Shown one piece after another: positions 16,746-27,017 of a stretch of 64,000 nt of DNA. The notes beneath the pieces were generated by a model. It did not search any database, was not told where the DNA came from, and saw nothing but the letters and a program-made list of their open reading frames with translations. A program made the translations under genes and the position numbers. Position 1 is the first letter of the stretch. Every line of letters begins with the position of its first letter. The stretch lies in the IMG/VR virus record IMGVR_UViG_3300014733_000004, positions 1,182 to 65,181 of that record; one strand, 5' to 3'. This DNA comes from a virus. Lineage: Duplodnaviria > Caudoviricetes.

Positions 16746-17341
16746 CCCGCACCAAGCCCATGAGCCGCGGCACCGTGGGGCTCAAGCGCTCGCGGCTCGC
16801 CTCGGCCGCCCGGGGGCTGCCCGCGGCGAAGCCAGATCGTGCGGAGCGCCTGTCAGCGCGCGCACGTGCGGTGATGGAGTCCGCAGTGTTCACGCTCCAA
16901 CTGAAGGCGCTCCAGGCGCGCCGGCCCGCGCTCGCGCGGACTGTGGCCCATGCGCCTGTGGACCCGCACGCGGTGCCCACCACCATTCCCAAGGAGGAAT
17001 TGCTCCGCAGCAAGGCCTACCGCCGCATCGTCGCCGCCATGCCCTGCAAGGCCTGTGGCCGCCACGGCCACAGCCAGCATGCCCACGAGAACCAGGGGAA
17101 GGGAATGGGTCTCAAGGTGGACGACCGCCGGGGCTTCCCGCTGTGCACGGTGGTTCCCGGCCGCGTGGGCTGCCACGAGCTGTTCGACCAGTACCAGCTG
17201 GTGGAGGGTGGCAGGAACGCGCATCGGCTGCTGGGCGAGCGGTGGGCCGCAGAGACGCGCCGAGAGATCGAACACGCGGGCCTGTGGCCCGTCAAGCTGA
17301 AACCGTGGAAGGGGGACCAGGATGGAAATGGAAAAGCCTAA
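16739..17341 (+). CDS. DUF968/NinG-like Zn-binding protein
   Basis: CKACG...HAHEN...PLC...CHELFD. Confidence 0.7.
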   Translation: MLTRTKPMSRGTVGLKRSRLASAARGLPAAKPDRAERLSARARAVMESAVFTLQLKALQARRPALARTVAHAPVDPHAVPTTIPKEELLRSKAYRRIVAAMPCKACGRHGHSQHAHENQGKGMGLKVDDRRGFPLCTVVPGRVGCHELFDQYQLVEGGRNAHRLLGERWAAETRREIEHAGLWPVKLKPWKGDQDGNGKA

Positions 17342-17831
17342 GACCGAAGCAGCCCAGGCCAAGCCCCTGACCAGCACCCAACGGGTGTTCGACGCCGTGC
17401 GGGATCTTCGGGGGCAGGACCAGATAGCCACCCGGGAAACCGTGGCGGAGCTGACCGAACTCAAGCTGTCCATCGTAGACGACCGTCTGCGCACTCTCGT
17501 GGACGACGGGAAGCTCAAGCGCCTGCTGCGCGGTGTTTATGAGCTGGTCGAGGTGTTTCCGCCGAAGCGCCTCATCAGCAAGACGTTGATGCCGAACGGC
17601 TACGTGAAGATCGAGATCGGCGACCAGTTGCTGACCCTCTCACCCAGCGAGGACCGCGATCTGGCCCTTCTGCAGGTGGGCTCTGCCACGCAGGGGGCTG
17701 TGATCGAATCCAGTCGCCAGCACCTGTTCTTGGCCACCGAACTGGCCGCACGCGTGGAGAAGCTGGAGCGGGCTCTGAAGGCTGCCCGCGCGAGCAAGCC
17801 GGAACTGCAGCAGCACCTGTTGCCGATCTGA
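17322..17831 (+). CDS. Winged-helix protein in the late-regulator position (candidate late activator)
   Basis: N-terminal wHTH-like RVFDAVRDL...TRETVAELTEL...RLRTLVDDGKLKRLLRGVY; last gene before the first late-promoter motif. Confidence 0.6.
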   Translation: MEMEKPKTEAAQAKPLTSTQRVFDAVRDLRGQDQIATRETVAELTELKLSIVDDRLRTLVDDGKLKRLLRGVYELVEVFPPKRLISKTLMPNGYVKIEIGDQLLTLSPSEDRDLALLQVGSATQGAVIESSRQHLFLATELAARVEKLERALKAARASKPELQQHLLPI

Positions 17832-17835
17832 CCCG

Positions 17836-17873
17836 GCATAGGGTTCGACGCCCCCGCCATGGCCCGGGACACT
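17836..17873 (+). promoter_or_regulatory. Late promoter motif copy (terS)
   Basis: GCATAGGGTTCGAC...GGGACACT; ATG follows 8 nt later with no SD. Confidence 0.75.
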
Positions 17874-17881
17874 TCCCGACC

Positions 17882-18901
17882 ATGGCCAAAGAACCGGCAG
17901 GGAAGAAGCCTGCACCCCGCAAGACCGTAGCCCCCAAGCCTGCAGCCCCCAAACGGGCCGCGGGCAAAGCCGCGCCTGCAGCGCCGGCATCGGCCAAGCC
18001 CGCCGCGAAGAAGGCAACCACGACGCGGTCGGCGAAGCCACCGGCCAAGAAGCAGGCACGCAAGGCTGCCCAGCCTCCGAAGAAAGCCGCTTCGCCGCAT
18101 GCGGAGCGCGCCCAGCTCGGGCTCACGGCCAAGCAGGAAAAATTCGTGGACGAGTACCTGGTGGACCTGAACGCGACCCAGGCCGCCATCCGGGCCGGCT
18201 ACAGCCCCGGCACGGCCCGCCAGATGGGCGCGGAGAACCTGTCAAAACCGGACATCCAACTGGCGGTGTCCGAAGCCAGGAAGCGCCAGCAGGCGCGCAC
18301 CGAGATCACCGCGGACCGTGTTCTGCAGGAGATCGTCAGCGTGGCGCTGGCGGATGCGCGCGAGCTGGTGGAGGTGCGAACCGGCTGCTGCCGCTGCTGC
18401 CACGGCGAAGGCCACAAGTACCAGCGGACCGTCGGCGAAATGAACCGCGACCGCGAGGACTGGGTGGAGAAAGGCAAGAACCCCGCCGAGTTCGATGAAG
18501 CGGGCGGCATCGGCTTCAACCCCCTGCTGCAGCCCAACCCCGAGTGCCCGCACTGCGGCGGCGATGGTGCCCCGCGCGTGGTGCTGAAGGACACCCGCAA
18601 GATCAGCGGCGCAGCTGCGGCCCTTTACGCCGGTGCGAAGCAGACCAAGGAGGGAATCGAGATCAAGATGCACTCCAAGATGGACGCCATCGAGAAGCTG
18701 GCGCGGCACCTGGGCGTCTACGAGAAGGACAACCAGCAGAAGGCCGACCCCCTGGCCGCGCTGCTGGCTCGGATCGCGAACGGCAACAGCAACGGGTTCA
18801 AGCCCGTGGCGGACGATCCCGAGGCGCCGCCGCCATCAGCCACGAACGGGTTCCAGCCGCGCGAGGACGGAGAGGCCGACGATGGCGGCGCCCCGGTCTA
18901 A
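17882..18901 (+). CDS. terS: Terminase small subunit with Lys/Ala/Pro-rich N-terminus and Cys-rich insertion
   Basis: LTAKQEKFVDEYLVDLNATQAAIRAGYS; CCRCC...CPHC insertion. Confidence 0.9.
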   Translation: MAKEPAGKKPAPRKTVAPKPAAPKRAAGKAAPAAPASAKPAAKKATTTRSAKPPAKKQARKAAQPPKKAASPHAERAQLGLTAKQEKFVDEYLVDLNATQAAIRAGYSPGTARQMGAENLSKPDIQLAVSEARKRQQARTEITADRVLQEIVSVALADARELVEVRTGCCRCCHGEGHKYQRTVGEMNRDREDWVEKGKNPAEFDEAGGIGFNPLLQPNPECPHCGGDGAPRVVLKDTRKISGAAAALYAGAKQTKEGIEIKMHSKMDAIEKLARHLGVYEKDNQQKADPLAALLARIANGNSNGFKPVADDPEAPPPSATNGFQPREDGEADDGGAPV

Positions 18902-20609
18902 GCGCGCCGCGGCGCCGGCCGAGCCCGGCACGCTGGACGAGGACGACGACGCCCTGGCGATCAAGCCCGGGCGGGAGGTAGACGCGCAGGTGGGCCATCG
19001 CTGGGACAACCGGCGGCGGCCCAAGCGCGGCCCGCACATCGCGGCCCACCCCACCATGATCCCCACCGACGAGGCCGAGCTGGCCCAGTGCCTCATGGAT
19101 CCGGAATGGCGCCTGTTCTCCGGCTGCCTGTACCAGATCATCGTCAAGGGCGAGAGCGACGACGACGACTCGTTCGTGATGCCGTTCAAGCCGAACCGCG
19201 CCCAGAGGCGGTTCATCATGCGGCTCTGGAACCGCAACCTCATCCTCAAGGCGCGGCAGCTCGGGTTCACCACGCTGGTCGCGCTGATGTGGCTGGACCA
19301 CGCCCTTTTCAATGGCAACCAGCGGTGCGGGATGATCGCGCAGGACCGCGAGACGGCTGAAGCGATCTTCCGCGACAAGGTGGTGTTCGCGTACGACCAC
19401 CTGCCGGAGGAGATCCGCCAGCGCTTCCCCCTCGCGCGCGCGAGCACCAAGGAGCTGCTGTTCGCCCACAACAACTCCAGCCTGCGCGTGGCCACCTCCG
19501 TGCGCGGCGGCACCATCCACCGCCTGCACGTCAGCGAGTTCGGGAAGATCTGCGCCAAGTTCCCGCACAAGGCGGTCGAGGTGGTCACGGGTTCCTTCCA
19601 AGCCGTGCCGCTGTCCGGGATCATCGTGGTGGAGAGCACCGCGGAAGGGCAGGACGGCGAGTTCTACCGGATGTGCCAGCGCGCCATGGCGCTGGTCACG
19701 GGCGCGGGCAGGCTGACGGCCTCGCAGTACCGCTTCCACTTCTATGCATGGTGGCAGGATCCCGCCTACCGCATGGACCCGGCGGGCGTGGTGGTCAGCC
19801 AGGAGCTGCAGGACTACTTCGACGAGATCGAAAGCCTCGTGGGCTGCACGATCGACACCGGGCAGCGAGCCTGGTACGTCGAGAAGCTGAACAACGACTT
19901 CGCGGGCGCCGAGGACCAGATGTGGCGGGAGTATCCGTCCACCCCGCAGGAGGCCTTCCAGCAATCCACGAAGGGCAACTACTACGCCAAGGAGCTGATG
20001 CTGGTGCGCAAGCGCGGCGGCATCACCACCGTGCCGCTGCTCGACCTGCCGGTGTTCACGTTCTGGGACATCGGCAGCAGCGATGGGACCGCGATCTGGT
20101 TCATGCAGTTCTCGCGGATGCAGGACCGCTTCATCGGGTACTACGAGGAGCACGACGAGGACCTGCGCCACTACGCCACTGAGCTGCAGCGCCGCGGCTT
20201 CGTCTACGGCGGGCACTTCCTACCTCACGACGCGGATCACAAGCGCCTCGGCGACTACAACAAGTCGGTGAAGGAGCAGCTGCAGGGGCTGCTGCCCGGC
20301 CACAAGTTCTTCATCGTCCCGCGCGTCACCGAGCTGATGACCGGCATCTTGACCACGCGCAAGCACTTCAAGTCGGCGTGGTTCGACCTCGAGGGCACGA
20401 AGCACGGAGTCGAACGGTTGGCCCACTACAAAAAAAAGTGGAGCCAGGCCGACGCTCGATACCTGGACAACACGCCCGACAAGAGCAACGGGTGCAGCGA
20501 AGGCGCAGACGCCTTTCGCCAGTGGGCACAGGCCAAGGAACTGGGCCTGCTCGAACTCATGAGCGACCAGGGCGGCTACGTCGAGGCACCGGTCCCATCC
20601 TATTACTGA
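18882..20609 (+). CDS. terL: Terminase large subunit
   Basis: Walker A ILKARQLGFTT, Walker B LHVSEFG, nuclease FWDIG. Confidence 0.95.
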   Translation: MAAPRSKRAAAPAEPGTLDEDDDALAIKPGREVDAQVGHRWDNRRRPKRGPHIAAHPTMIPTDEAELAQCLMDPEWRLFSGCLYQIIVKGESDDDDSFVMPFKPNRAQRRFIMRLWNRNLILKARQLGFTTLVALMWLDHALFNGNQRCGMIAQDRETAEAIFRDKVVFAYDHLPEEIRQRFPLARASTKELLFAHNNSSLRVATSVRGGTIHRLHVSEFGKICAKFPHKAVEVVTGSFQAVPLSGIIVVESTAEGQDGEFYRMCQRAMALVTGAGRLTASQYRFHFYAWWQDPAYRMDPAGVVVSQELQDYFDEIESLVGCTIDTGQRAWYVEKLNNDFAGAEDQMWREYPSTPQEAFQQSTKGNYYAKELMLVRKRGGITTVPLLDLPVFTFWDIGSSDGTAIWFMQFSRMQDRFIGYYEEHDEDLRHYATELQRRGFVYGGHFLPHDADHKRLGDYNKSVKEQLQGLLPGHKFFIVPRVTELMTGILTTRKHFKSAWFDLEGTKHGVERLAHYKKKWSQADARYLDNTPDKSNGCSEGADAFRQWAQAKELGLLELMSDQGGYVEAPVPSYY

Positions 20610-20619
20610 GCACGACACC

Positions 20620-22923
20620 ATGACCACCAAGACCGACGCAATCGACCCCGTGGACACGCCCGATGGCGATGTGCCCCTATCGCTGGGGGAGTACACGCAG
20701 ATCCTGGAGGAGATCGACAGCCAGCCCAAGGCCTGGCGTCGGCAGGCCGACAAGGAGATGGACTACGCGGACGGCAACCAGCTGAAGACCGAGCTGCTGC
20801 AGGCCCAGCAGGCCCTGGGCATTCCGCCATCCATGGAGAACCTGATCGGCGCCGCGCTCGAGGGCATCCGGGGCTACGAGGAGGCCACGCGCACCGACTG
20901 GCGCGTGACGCCCAACGGCCAGCCCGGCGGCCAGGACGTGGCGGACGCGATCAACTTCAAGCTGAACGAAGCGGAGAGAAACGCGCGGGCCGACGATGCG
21001 TGCTCGCGGGCGTTCTACCCCCAGATCGGCGTGGGGGTGGGGTGGGTGGAGGTGAGCAAATCGGACGACCCGTTCGGCTACCCCTTCCAGTGCCTGCCGA
21101 TCAACCGCAATGAGATCCACTGGGACATGAGCGACCCGAGCGACGACCAGCTGCTGCGCACGCGCTGGCTCCGCCGGCAACGTTGGATGCACCCGTCGCG
21201 GCTGGTGCGGGTGTTCCCCGATCACAAGGAGCTGATCCGCCGGTTCGGCAAGTCGGGCACGGCGTGGTGGAACGAATACGACGGGTACGACGAGGGCGGG
21301 CAGAGCACGGGCCTGAGCCGCGCGGCCGACGTGGCGCGCGAATGGACGATCGCAGAGGACCGCTGGTACAACCCCTTCAACAAGGAGATCTGCGCATCGG
21401 AGCTGTGGTACCGGCGCTGGTCCGACGTGATCGTCCTCAAGAGCCCGGACGGACGAGTGGTGGAGTTCGATCGCGCCAACCCCGCGCACGTGCACGCCAT
21501 CGCGAACAATCTGGTGCAGTTCCGCCGCGCGACCGTGGCCAAGGTGCGCCGCTCCTACTGGCTCGGGCCGCACGTCCTGTTCGATGGCCCCACGCCGTAT
21601 GCACACCGCTTCTTCCCCTACGTCCCCTTCTGGGGCTTCCGGGAAGACCAGACGAACGTGCCCTTCGGCTACATCCGAAACATGCTCTACCAGCAGGACA
21701 CGCTGAATTCGGGCAACTCGCGGCTTCGCTGGGGCATGTCTGCTTTCCGCACCGTGCGCACCAAGGGCGCGGTGGCGATGACGGATGACCAGTTCCGGCG
21801 AACCATCGGCCGCCTCGACGCCGACGTGGTGCTGGACCCCGCTGCCATGGCGCAGCCGGGCGCGATGTTCGAGGTCGAACGCGACTACCAGATGAATGCC
21901 CAGCAGCTGGACATGCTGAACAACGCGCGGCAGGCCATCGAGCGGGTGAACCCCGCGGCCGCAGGTGCATTCTCGGGCCGGCGCGGGACGGCCACCAGCG
22001 GCGTGCAGGAAACCACCCAGGTGGAGCAGGCCAACCAGTCTCTGGCACACATGATGGGCAACTTCAAGCGCGGGCGCACCCAGGTGGGCGAGCTGCTGCT
22101 GTCCATGCTGGTGCAGGAGATGGGCACCGAGGAGCAGACCATCGTGATCGAGGGCGACGCGGTGCGCGAGGACCGCGTGGTCACGATCAACAAGCCCGAG
22201 ACGGACGCGGCCGGCTACCCCTACCTGTCCAACGACCTGCAGCGCACCCGCCTGAAGGTGTCGCTGGAGGATGTCCCGAGCACGACCAGCTTCCGGGGCC
22301 AGCAGCTGCAGGCCATGTCCGAGACGGTCAAGTCGCTGCCGGCGCAGTACCAGGCCGCTGCCATGCCGTTCATGGCTTCGCTCATGGACGTGCCGTTCAA
22401 GCGCGAGCTGGTGGAAGCGCTGCGCGCGGCCAGCTCCCAGGAGACGCCCGAGCAGGTGGAGCAGCGCATCAAGCAGGAGGTGCAGCGCGCGCTCAAGGAG
22501 GCCGGCCACGAGCTCAAGGCGCGCGAGCTGGACATGAAGGCGCCGCTGATCGAGGCCCAGGTGAAGCAGGCCATGGCGCAGGCGGTGCAGATCGGCGTGC
22601 AGGCCGCCTTCAGCGCGATGCAGGGCGGGGCGCAGGTCGCGCAGATGCCCATGATCGCGCCGATCGCGGACAAGATCATGCAGGGCGCAGGCTACCAGGC
22701 CCCGAGCCCGGGCGGGGACGACCCGAATTTCCCCGTGCCCGCGCAGACCGCGGCGATGAACATCAAGAGCCCGTACATCCAGGGCCAGGGCCCGGAGGCG
22801 GTGGCAGGTGCTGCAGACGTGCGGGAGAACACGAGCCCGGCTTTCCCACCGGTACCGCAGCAGGCAAGCAGAGGGGAGCGCGGCATCGAGACGCCATCCC
22901 CCGCCGACAACCTGCCGGCCTGA
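20620..22923 (+). CDS. Portal protein
   Basis: 767 aa directly after TerL; P22/933W-like features (DYADGNQ, FPYVPFWG, coiled C-terminus). Confidence 0.88.
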   Translation: MTTKTDAIDPVDTPDGDVPLSLGEYTQILEEIDSQPKAWRRQADKEMDYADGNQLKTELLQAQQALGIPPSMENLIGAALEGIRGYEEATRTDWRVTPNGQPGGQDVADAINFKLNEAERNARADDACSRAFYPQIGVGVGWVEVSKSDDPFGYPFQCLPINRNEIHWDMSDPSDDQLLRTRWLRRQRWMHPSRLVRVFPDHKELIRRFGKSGTAWWNEYDGYDEGGQSTGLSRAADVAREWTIAEDRWYNPFNKEICASELWYRRWSDVIVLKSPDGRVVEFDRANPAHVHAIANNLVQFRRATVAKVRRSYWLGPHVLFDGPTPYAHRFFPYVPFWGFREDQTNVPFGYIRNMLYQQDTLNSGNSRLRWGMSAFRTVRTKGAVAMTDDQFRRTIGRLDADVVLDPAAMAQPGAMFEVERDYQMNAQQLDMLNNARQAIERVNPAAAGAFSGRRGTATSGVQETTQVEQANQSLAHMMGNFKRGRTQVGELLLSMLVQEMGTEEQTIVIEGDAVREDRVVTINKPETDAAGYPYLSNDLQRTRLKVSLEDVPSTTSFRGQQLQAMSETVKSLPAQYQAAAMPFMASLMDVPFKRELVEALRAASSQETPEQVEQRIKQEVQRALKEAGHELKARELDMKAPLIEAQVKQAMAQAVQIGVQAAFSAMQGGAQVAQMPMIAPIADKIMQGAGYQAPSPGGDDPNFPVPAQTAAMNIKSPYIQGQGPEAVAGAADVRENTSPAFPPVPQQASRGERGIETPSPADNLPA

Positions 22924-23026
22924 CCGGCATAGGAGTTCGCCATTGCGCCGCCTGCCGGCGCAATGGTGGCTCCCCGTCATGGCAAGGGGCTCGCGGCCAG
23001 CCACCGCACCGTCCTGGAGACCTTCG

Positions 23027-23332
23027 ATGCATTCCACTCGTCGCTCGCTTCTGTTCGTCCTCGCAGCTTCGGCCTGCGTGGCCGCCGCTTCCGCATTCAG
23101 CTCGGCCACCGTGGCGGCCCGCGGTGCCGCAGGCGCCGTGCGCGCTTTTGCCCTGGCCACCGCCGCCGACGTGCTGGGCTGTCTGCGCCTGTTCGCCGAC
23201 CCGAAGCTCCAGGTGCAGGCGATGCCGCCCGCACGACAGGGGCTCACCGCGCGCGAGCGCCGCGACCTGAATGACATCCCGACGATGCGCCCCACGGTCA
23301 GCCCACGATGGCGCATGGTGCCGTCCACCTGA
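23027..23332 (+). CDS. Hypothetical protein with hydrophobic N-terminus (101 aa; alternative start 22979)
   Basis: GGAGA SD; signal-like RRSLLFVLAASACVAAA. Confidence 0.6.
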   Translation: MHSTRRSLLFVLAASACVAAASAFSSATVAARGAAGAVRAFALATAADVLGCLRLFADPKLQVQAMPPARQGLTARERRDLNDIPTMRPTVSPRWRMVPST

Positions 23333-23367
23333 GCCGGCGCGCGGCATGACCGCGCATGCTGCTGACA

Positions 23368-23390
23368 GGCCCGCCGCGCGCGGGCTTTTT
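23368..23390 (+). terminator. Intrinsic terminator
   Basis: GGCCCGC-CGCGC-GCGGGCT followed by TTTT. Confidence 0.8.
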
Positions 23391-23402
23391 CATGGGTGCC
23401 CG

Positions 23403-23440
23403 GTATAGGGCATAGCGAAAACACCGCCTCTTCCGACACT
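23403..23440 (+). promoter_or_regulatory. Late promoter motif copy (scaffold/capsid operon)
   Basis: GTATAGGG and GACACT at the same spacing as the other copies, directly after a terminator. Confidence 0.65.
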
Positions 23441-23578
23441 GATACCCAAGCAGAACGCGCGAGCGGGACGCGATGCCCGGAGCGTGCATGCGCACCGGAT
23501 CCATGAGCAGATGGCGCGGCCTCGGCCGCTCCGGATTGCTGGCCCCTTGCGGCCACGGCGACATGTGGCGGGACAGGC

Positions 23579-24652
23579 ATGACGACATCACACGAGAGTT
23601 TCTACGACGGCATCGACGGCGCACTGACGCCGGAGCAGGCCCTCCAGGCATTGGCCTTGGAGGGCACGGGCGATACCAGCACCGCAACGGTGCCGGATGC
23701 AGGTGGCGCGCCCACGACCACCACTGCGACGGAAGAAAAAGGCGAGGCCGGAGCCGGCACCGACAACGAACAGAAGCAGCCCGCCCAGGGTAAGGCTGAC
23801 GACGGCAAGACCGTGGATGTCAGCGCAACGGAAGTGGACGAGTCGCAGATCGACCCGTCCAAGGCCGTGGTGCTGGCGAAGGATGGCAAACACACCATCC
23901 CCTACGCGAAGCTGGAGGAGGCCCGCAAGGGCGAGCAGCAGTGGAAGGCCGCCGCAGAAACCGCCCAGCAACAGCTGGCCGAGCTGCAGGCGCAGGCGCA
24001 GGCCCGGGCAGACGCCGGCCAGGCCCCGACCAAGACCGACAACATGGCCGCCACTGCAGCGGCGGCCATCGAGGCGGGCGCGGACGCGGACCTGTTCGGA
24101 GACTTCTCCGAGGCCGCGCTGAAGGCTGGCATCGAGAAGCTGGTGGCCCAGCAGGTGGCGACCCAGGTCCAGGCCCACGTGGCCAAGGCCGTGGAGCCCC
24201 TGCAGGCCAAGCACCAGCAGGACGCGGCCAGCGCCCACTACGACGCCATCTACAAGGCGCACCCCAATGCCGACTCCATCGCCCAGAGCGCGGAGTTCAA
24301 GGCGTGGGTGGACTCGCAGCCCAGCGTGGTCCGCAACGCCTATTGGGGCCTGTTCGACGGCAAGACCGGTGGCACCGCCGCCGAGATTGTCGAGGTGTTC
24401 GACGCATACAAGGCGGCGACCACGAAGCCTTCGTCTCAACCAGCTGCAGCCGACCCCAAGGCCGCAGCGCAAGCCGCCCTGGCAAAAGCCAAGGCTGATC
24501 CCCCCTCCAGTCTCTCCAGCATCCCTGGCGGGCACGCGGCGGGAGCGTCGGCCTTGGACGCCACGGCGGACATGAGCGGCCTCGAGATGCTGCAGGCGAC
24601 CGCGAACATGACGCCGGCGCAGATCGAGGCCTGGCTGAACAAGCAGATTTAA
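23579..24652 (+). CDS. Scaffolding-like protein
   Basis: Acidic, Ala/Gln-rich coiled protein immediately before the capsid gene. Confidence 0.7.
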   Translation: MTTSHESFYDGIDGALTPEQALQALALEGTGDTSTATVPDAGGAPTTTTATEEKGEAGAGTDNEQKQPAQGKADDGKTVDVSATEVDESQIDPSKAVVLAKDGKHTIPYAKLEEARKGEQQWKAAAETAQQQLAELQAQAQARADAGQAPTKTDNMAATAAAAIEAGADADLFGDFSEAALKAGIEKLVAQQVATQVQAHVAKAVEPLQAKHQQDAASAHYDAIYKAHPNADSIAQSAEFKAWVDSQPSVVRNAYWGLFDGKTGGTAAEIVEVFDAYKAATTKPSSQPAAADPKAAAQAALAKAKADPPSSLSSIPGGHAAGASALDATADMSGLEMLQATANMTPAQIEAWLNKQI

Positions 24653-24662
24653 GGAGGTTGCC

Positions 24663-25958
24663 GTGAGCACCACCAAGACCAATGTGCCTTCCGGCGCGCA
24701 GGGCGCCATGATCCAGCAGGCCGTGGGCGTATTCCACACCTGCAGCCAGCGCAACACCCAAATGCGCCACCTGACGGGTTCGATGCCCAAGATCGACGCG
24801 GCCATCGCGGCGACCAAGGGCAACCAGTCGAAGACCACCATGCCCATCGTTCGTGCGGAAAACCTCACGAAAAACAAGGGCGAGGAGGTGACTTTCCACC
24901 TGGACAACCCCATCGGCGCGTACCCGATCATGGGCAGCGAGCATGCCGAGGGCCGCGGCACCGGCATGTCCTATTCCGAGGACAAGCTGCGGGTGAACCA
25001 GGCGCGGTTCCCGATCGACATGGGCAACACCATGACGCAGATCCGCAGCCCGTTCGACATGCGTCGCTTCGGCCGCCCGAAAGCTCAGCGCCTGATGGAC
25101 GCCTACATCGACCAGTCGATTCTGGTGCACCTGGCCGGCGCCCGGGGCTACCACGATCACAAGATCGAATGGACCGTGCCCGTGGACACGCACCCGAAGT
25201 TCGCCGACATCATGGTGAACCGGGTGAAGGCTCCCACGCGCAACCGCCACCTGGTGGCGGGGAGCGGTTCGGTGGGCGAGCTGCGGGCGAATTCTGGCGA
25301 GATGGTGATCGCCACGACGGACGGCCTCTCCATGGACGTGGTGGACTCCCTGCGGCAGTGGGGTGACTCCATCGCGCTGCCGCCGCCCCCGGTGGAGTTC
25401 GACAACGACCAAGCCGCGACGGACAGTCCCATCCGCGTGCTGCTGGCCGGCCCGGGCCAGTTCAGCCAGTTCGCCACGGACCCCGCGTTCCGCGCGTTCC
25501 AGGCCAACGCCCACGCACGTGCCCGTCTCGCCAAGGACCACCCGCTGTTCCTCGGCGATGCCGGGCTGTGGAACGGCATCCTGGTCCTGAAGAACCCGAA
25601 GCCGATCCGCTTCTACGCGGGCGACACGGTCAAGTACTGCGCCGACTACGCGAGCGAACAGGAATCGTCGTGCGTGGTGCCTGCCTCGTTCGGCACCGGC
25701 TTCGCCGTGGAGCGTGCGCTGCTGCTGGGCGGTCAGGCGTTGGCCCAGGCCTTCGGTGCTTCGGAGCACTCGGGCATCCCGTTCTTCTGGAGCGAGGAGA
25801 AGGGCGATCACGGCGACAAGATGGAAATCCTGATCGGCGCCATCCTGGGGATGTCCAAGATCCGCTTCGCGGTGGATCACGGCGACCACAAGGAATACAC
25901 CGACCACGGCGTGACCGTCCTCGACACCGCCGTGAAGATCATGAAGCCGCGCTTCTGA
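24663..25958 (+). CDS. Major capsid protein, N4-gp56/DUF4043 type
   Basis: 431 aa; position, AAGGAGG SD, motifs EGRGTGM and ALLLGGQALAQAFG. Confidence 0.85.
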   Translation: MSTTKTNVPSGAQGAMIQQAVGVFHTCSQRNTQMRHLTGSMPKIDAAIAATKGNQSKTTMPIVRAENLTKNKGEEVTFHLDNPIGAYPIMGSEHAEGRGTGMSYSEDKLRVNQARFPIDMGNTMTQIRSPFDMRRFGRPKAQRLMDAYIDQSILVHLAGARGYHDHKIEWTVPVDTHPKFADIMVNRVKAPTRNRHLVAGSGSVGELRANSGEMVIATTDGLSMDVVDSLRQWGDSIALPPPPVEFDNDQAATDSPIRVLLAGPGQFSQFATDPAFRAFQANAHARARLAKDHPLFLGDAGLWNGILVLKNPKPIRFYAGDTVKYCADYASEQESSCVVPASFGTGFAVERALLLGGQALAQAFGASEHSGIPFFWSEEKGDHGDKMEILIGAILGMSKIRFAVDHGDHKEYTDHGVTVLDTAVKIMKPRF

Positions 25959-26025
25959 TGACCCGCGGGGCCGGCGCCGCGAGGTGCCCGGCCCTGGCCC
26001 CATCCCCATCACCTTGGAGGCCAAG

Positions 26026-26505
26026 ATGGCAACCATCCTCAAGAAATTCATCGGCGATCACCAGTTCGGTGGCTTCACCCCCTACGGCAACGTCACGGTG
26101 CTGCGCGCCACGCTGCAGACCCTCGCGAACGGCTCCGTGCTCAACGCCAACTCCACCGCGCCCCTGGCCGTGAACGATGTCGTGGTGCTGCAGACCCTGC
26201 CCCAGGGCTTCGATCTGCATGACCTGCAGATCATCATCTCCGACCACTTCGGCGCGGGCGTGACCGGCTCCGTCGGCTTCCTCTACATCGACGGTGTGGA
26301 CGACGCCACGGCCCCCCAGGACGCGGCCTACTTCGGCGCCGGGCTGGTGCTCAGCGCAGCAGCCCGCCTGCGCACCTCCAGCTCCAAGGCTCCGGTGAAG
26401 CTCGCCAAGGAAGCCTACCTGGTGCTCACGATCACGGGCGCCGCCGTGGCGGAAGTCGGCCGCGCCGATTTCATCGTGACCGGCGAGCGCATCGGGCCGA
26501 AGTAA
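26026..26505 (+). CDS. Capsid decoration/cement-like protein
   Basis: Beta-rich 159 aa directly after the capsid gene. Confidence 0.55.
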   Translation: MATILKKFIGDHQFGGFTPYGNVTVLRATLQTLANGSVLNANSTAPLAVNDVVVLQTLPQGFDLHDLQIIISDHFGAGVTGSVGFLYIDGVDDATAPQDAAYFGAGLVLSAAARLRTSSSKAPVKLAKEAYLVLTITGAAVAEVGRADFIVTGERIGPK

Positions 26506-26573
26506 TCGACCCACGCAGACCGAAGGCCGGGGCCACGCGCCCCGGCTTTTCCCCATACCCCCAGGAGCCTGAC

Positions 26574-27017
26574 ATGAGCCAGACCCAGGACGTTGCCGTG
26601 ACCTACATCGGCAACGACGACCCATTCAAAGACCGCCTCTACCGTTCCGGCCTCACGTTCGCGCGCGGCCAGACGCGCTTGGTGCCCGAAACGCTGGCGG
26701 CGCGCTTCCTTCAGCACACCGACGTGTTCAAGGGGGCGGATGCAGTGGCCGCCGAGGAGGCCGCCCAGAAAGGCGACGCCGCCAAGCAGGCCGACGACAC
26801 CCAGCAGCAGTTGGACGATGGCAAGAAGCGGGAAGACCTGCAACGCGAGCGGGATGATGCCCGCTTCGCACTGCTGGACTCCCTCGAATCCATGGACAAG
26901 CAGGCGCTCCTCGTGTTCGCGGCCGACAAGTTCGGCCAGAAGCTGCACCCCAACACCGGCGAGACCAAGCTGCGCGACATGGTGAAGGGCTTCGTGGACC
27001 AGTACGGGATGCCATGA
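26574..27017 (+). CDS. Hypothetical head-associated protein (147 aa)
   Basis: AGGAG SD; operon position. Confidence 0.7.
   Translation: MSQTQDVAVTYIGNDDPFKDRLYRSGLTFARGQTRLVPETLAARFLQHTDVFKGADAVAAEEAAQKGDAAKQADDTQQQLDDGKKREDLQRERDDARFALLDSLESMDKQALLVFAADKFGQKLHPNTGETKLRDMVKGFVDQYGMP

Noticed and set aside
18633-18901. Programmed frameshift producing a TerS-TerL fusion
   Set aside because: The upstream open TerL frame is expected at this GC content; no slippery site was identified and TerL has its own ATG at 18882.
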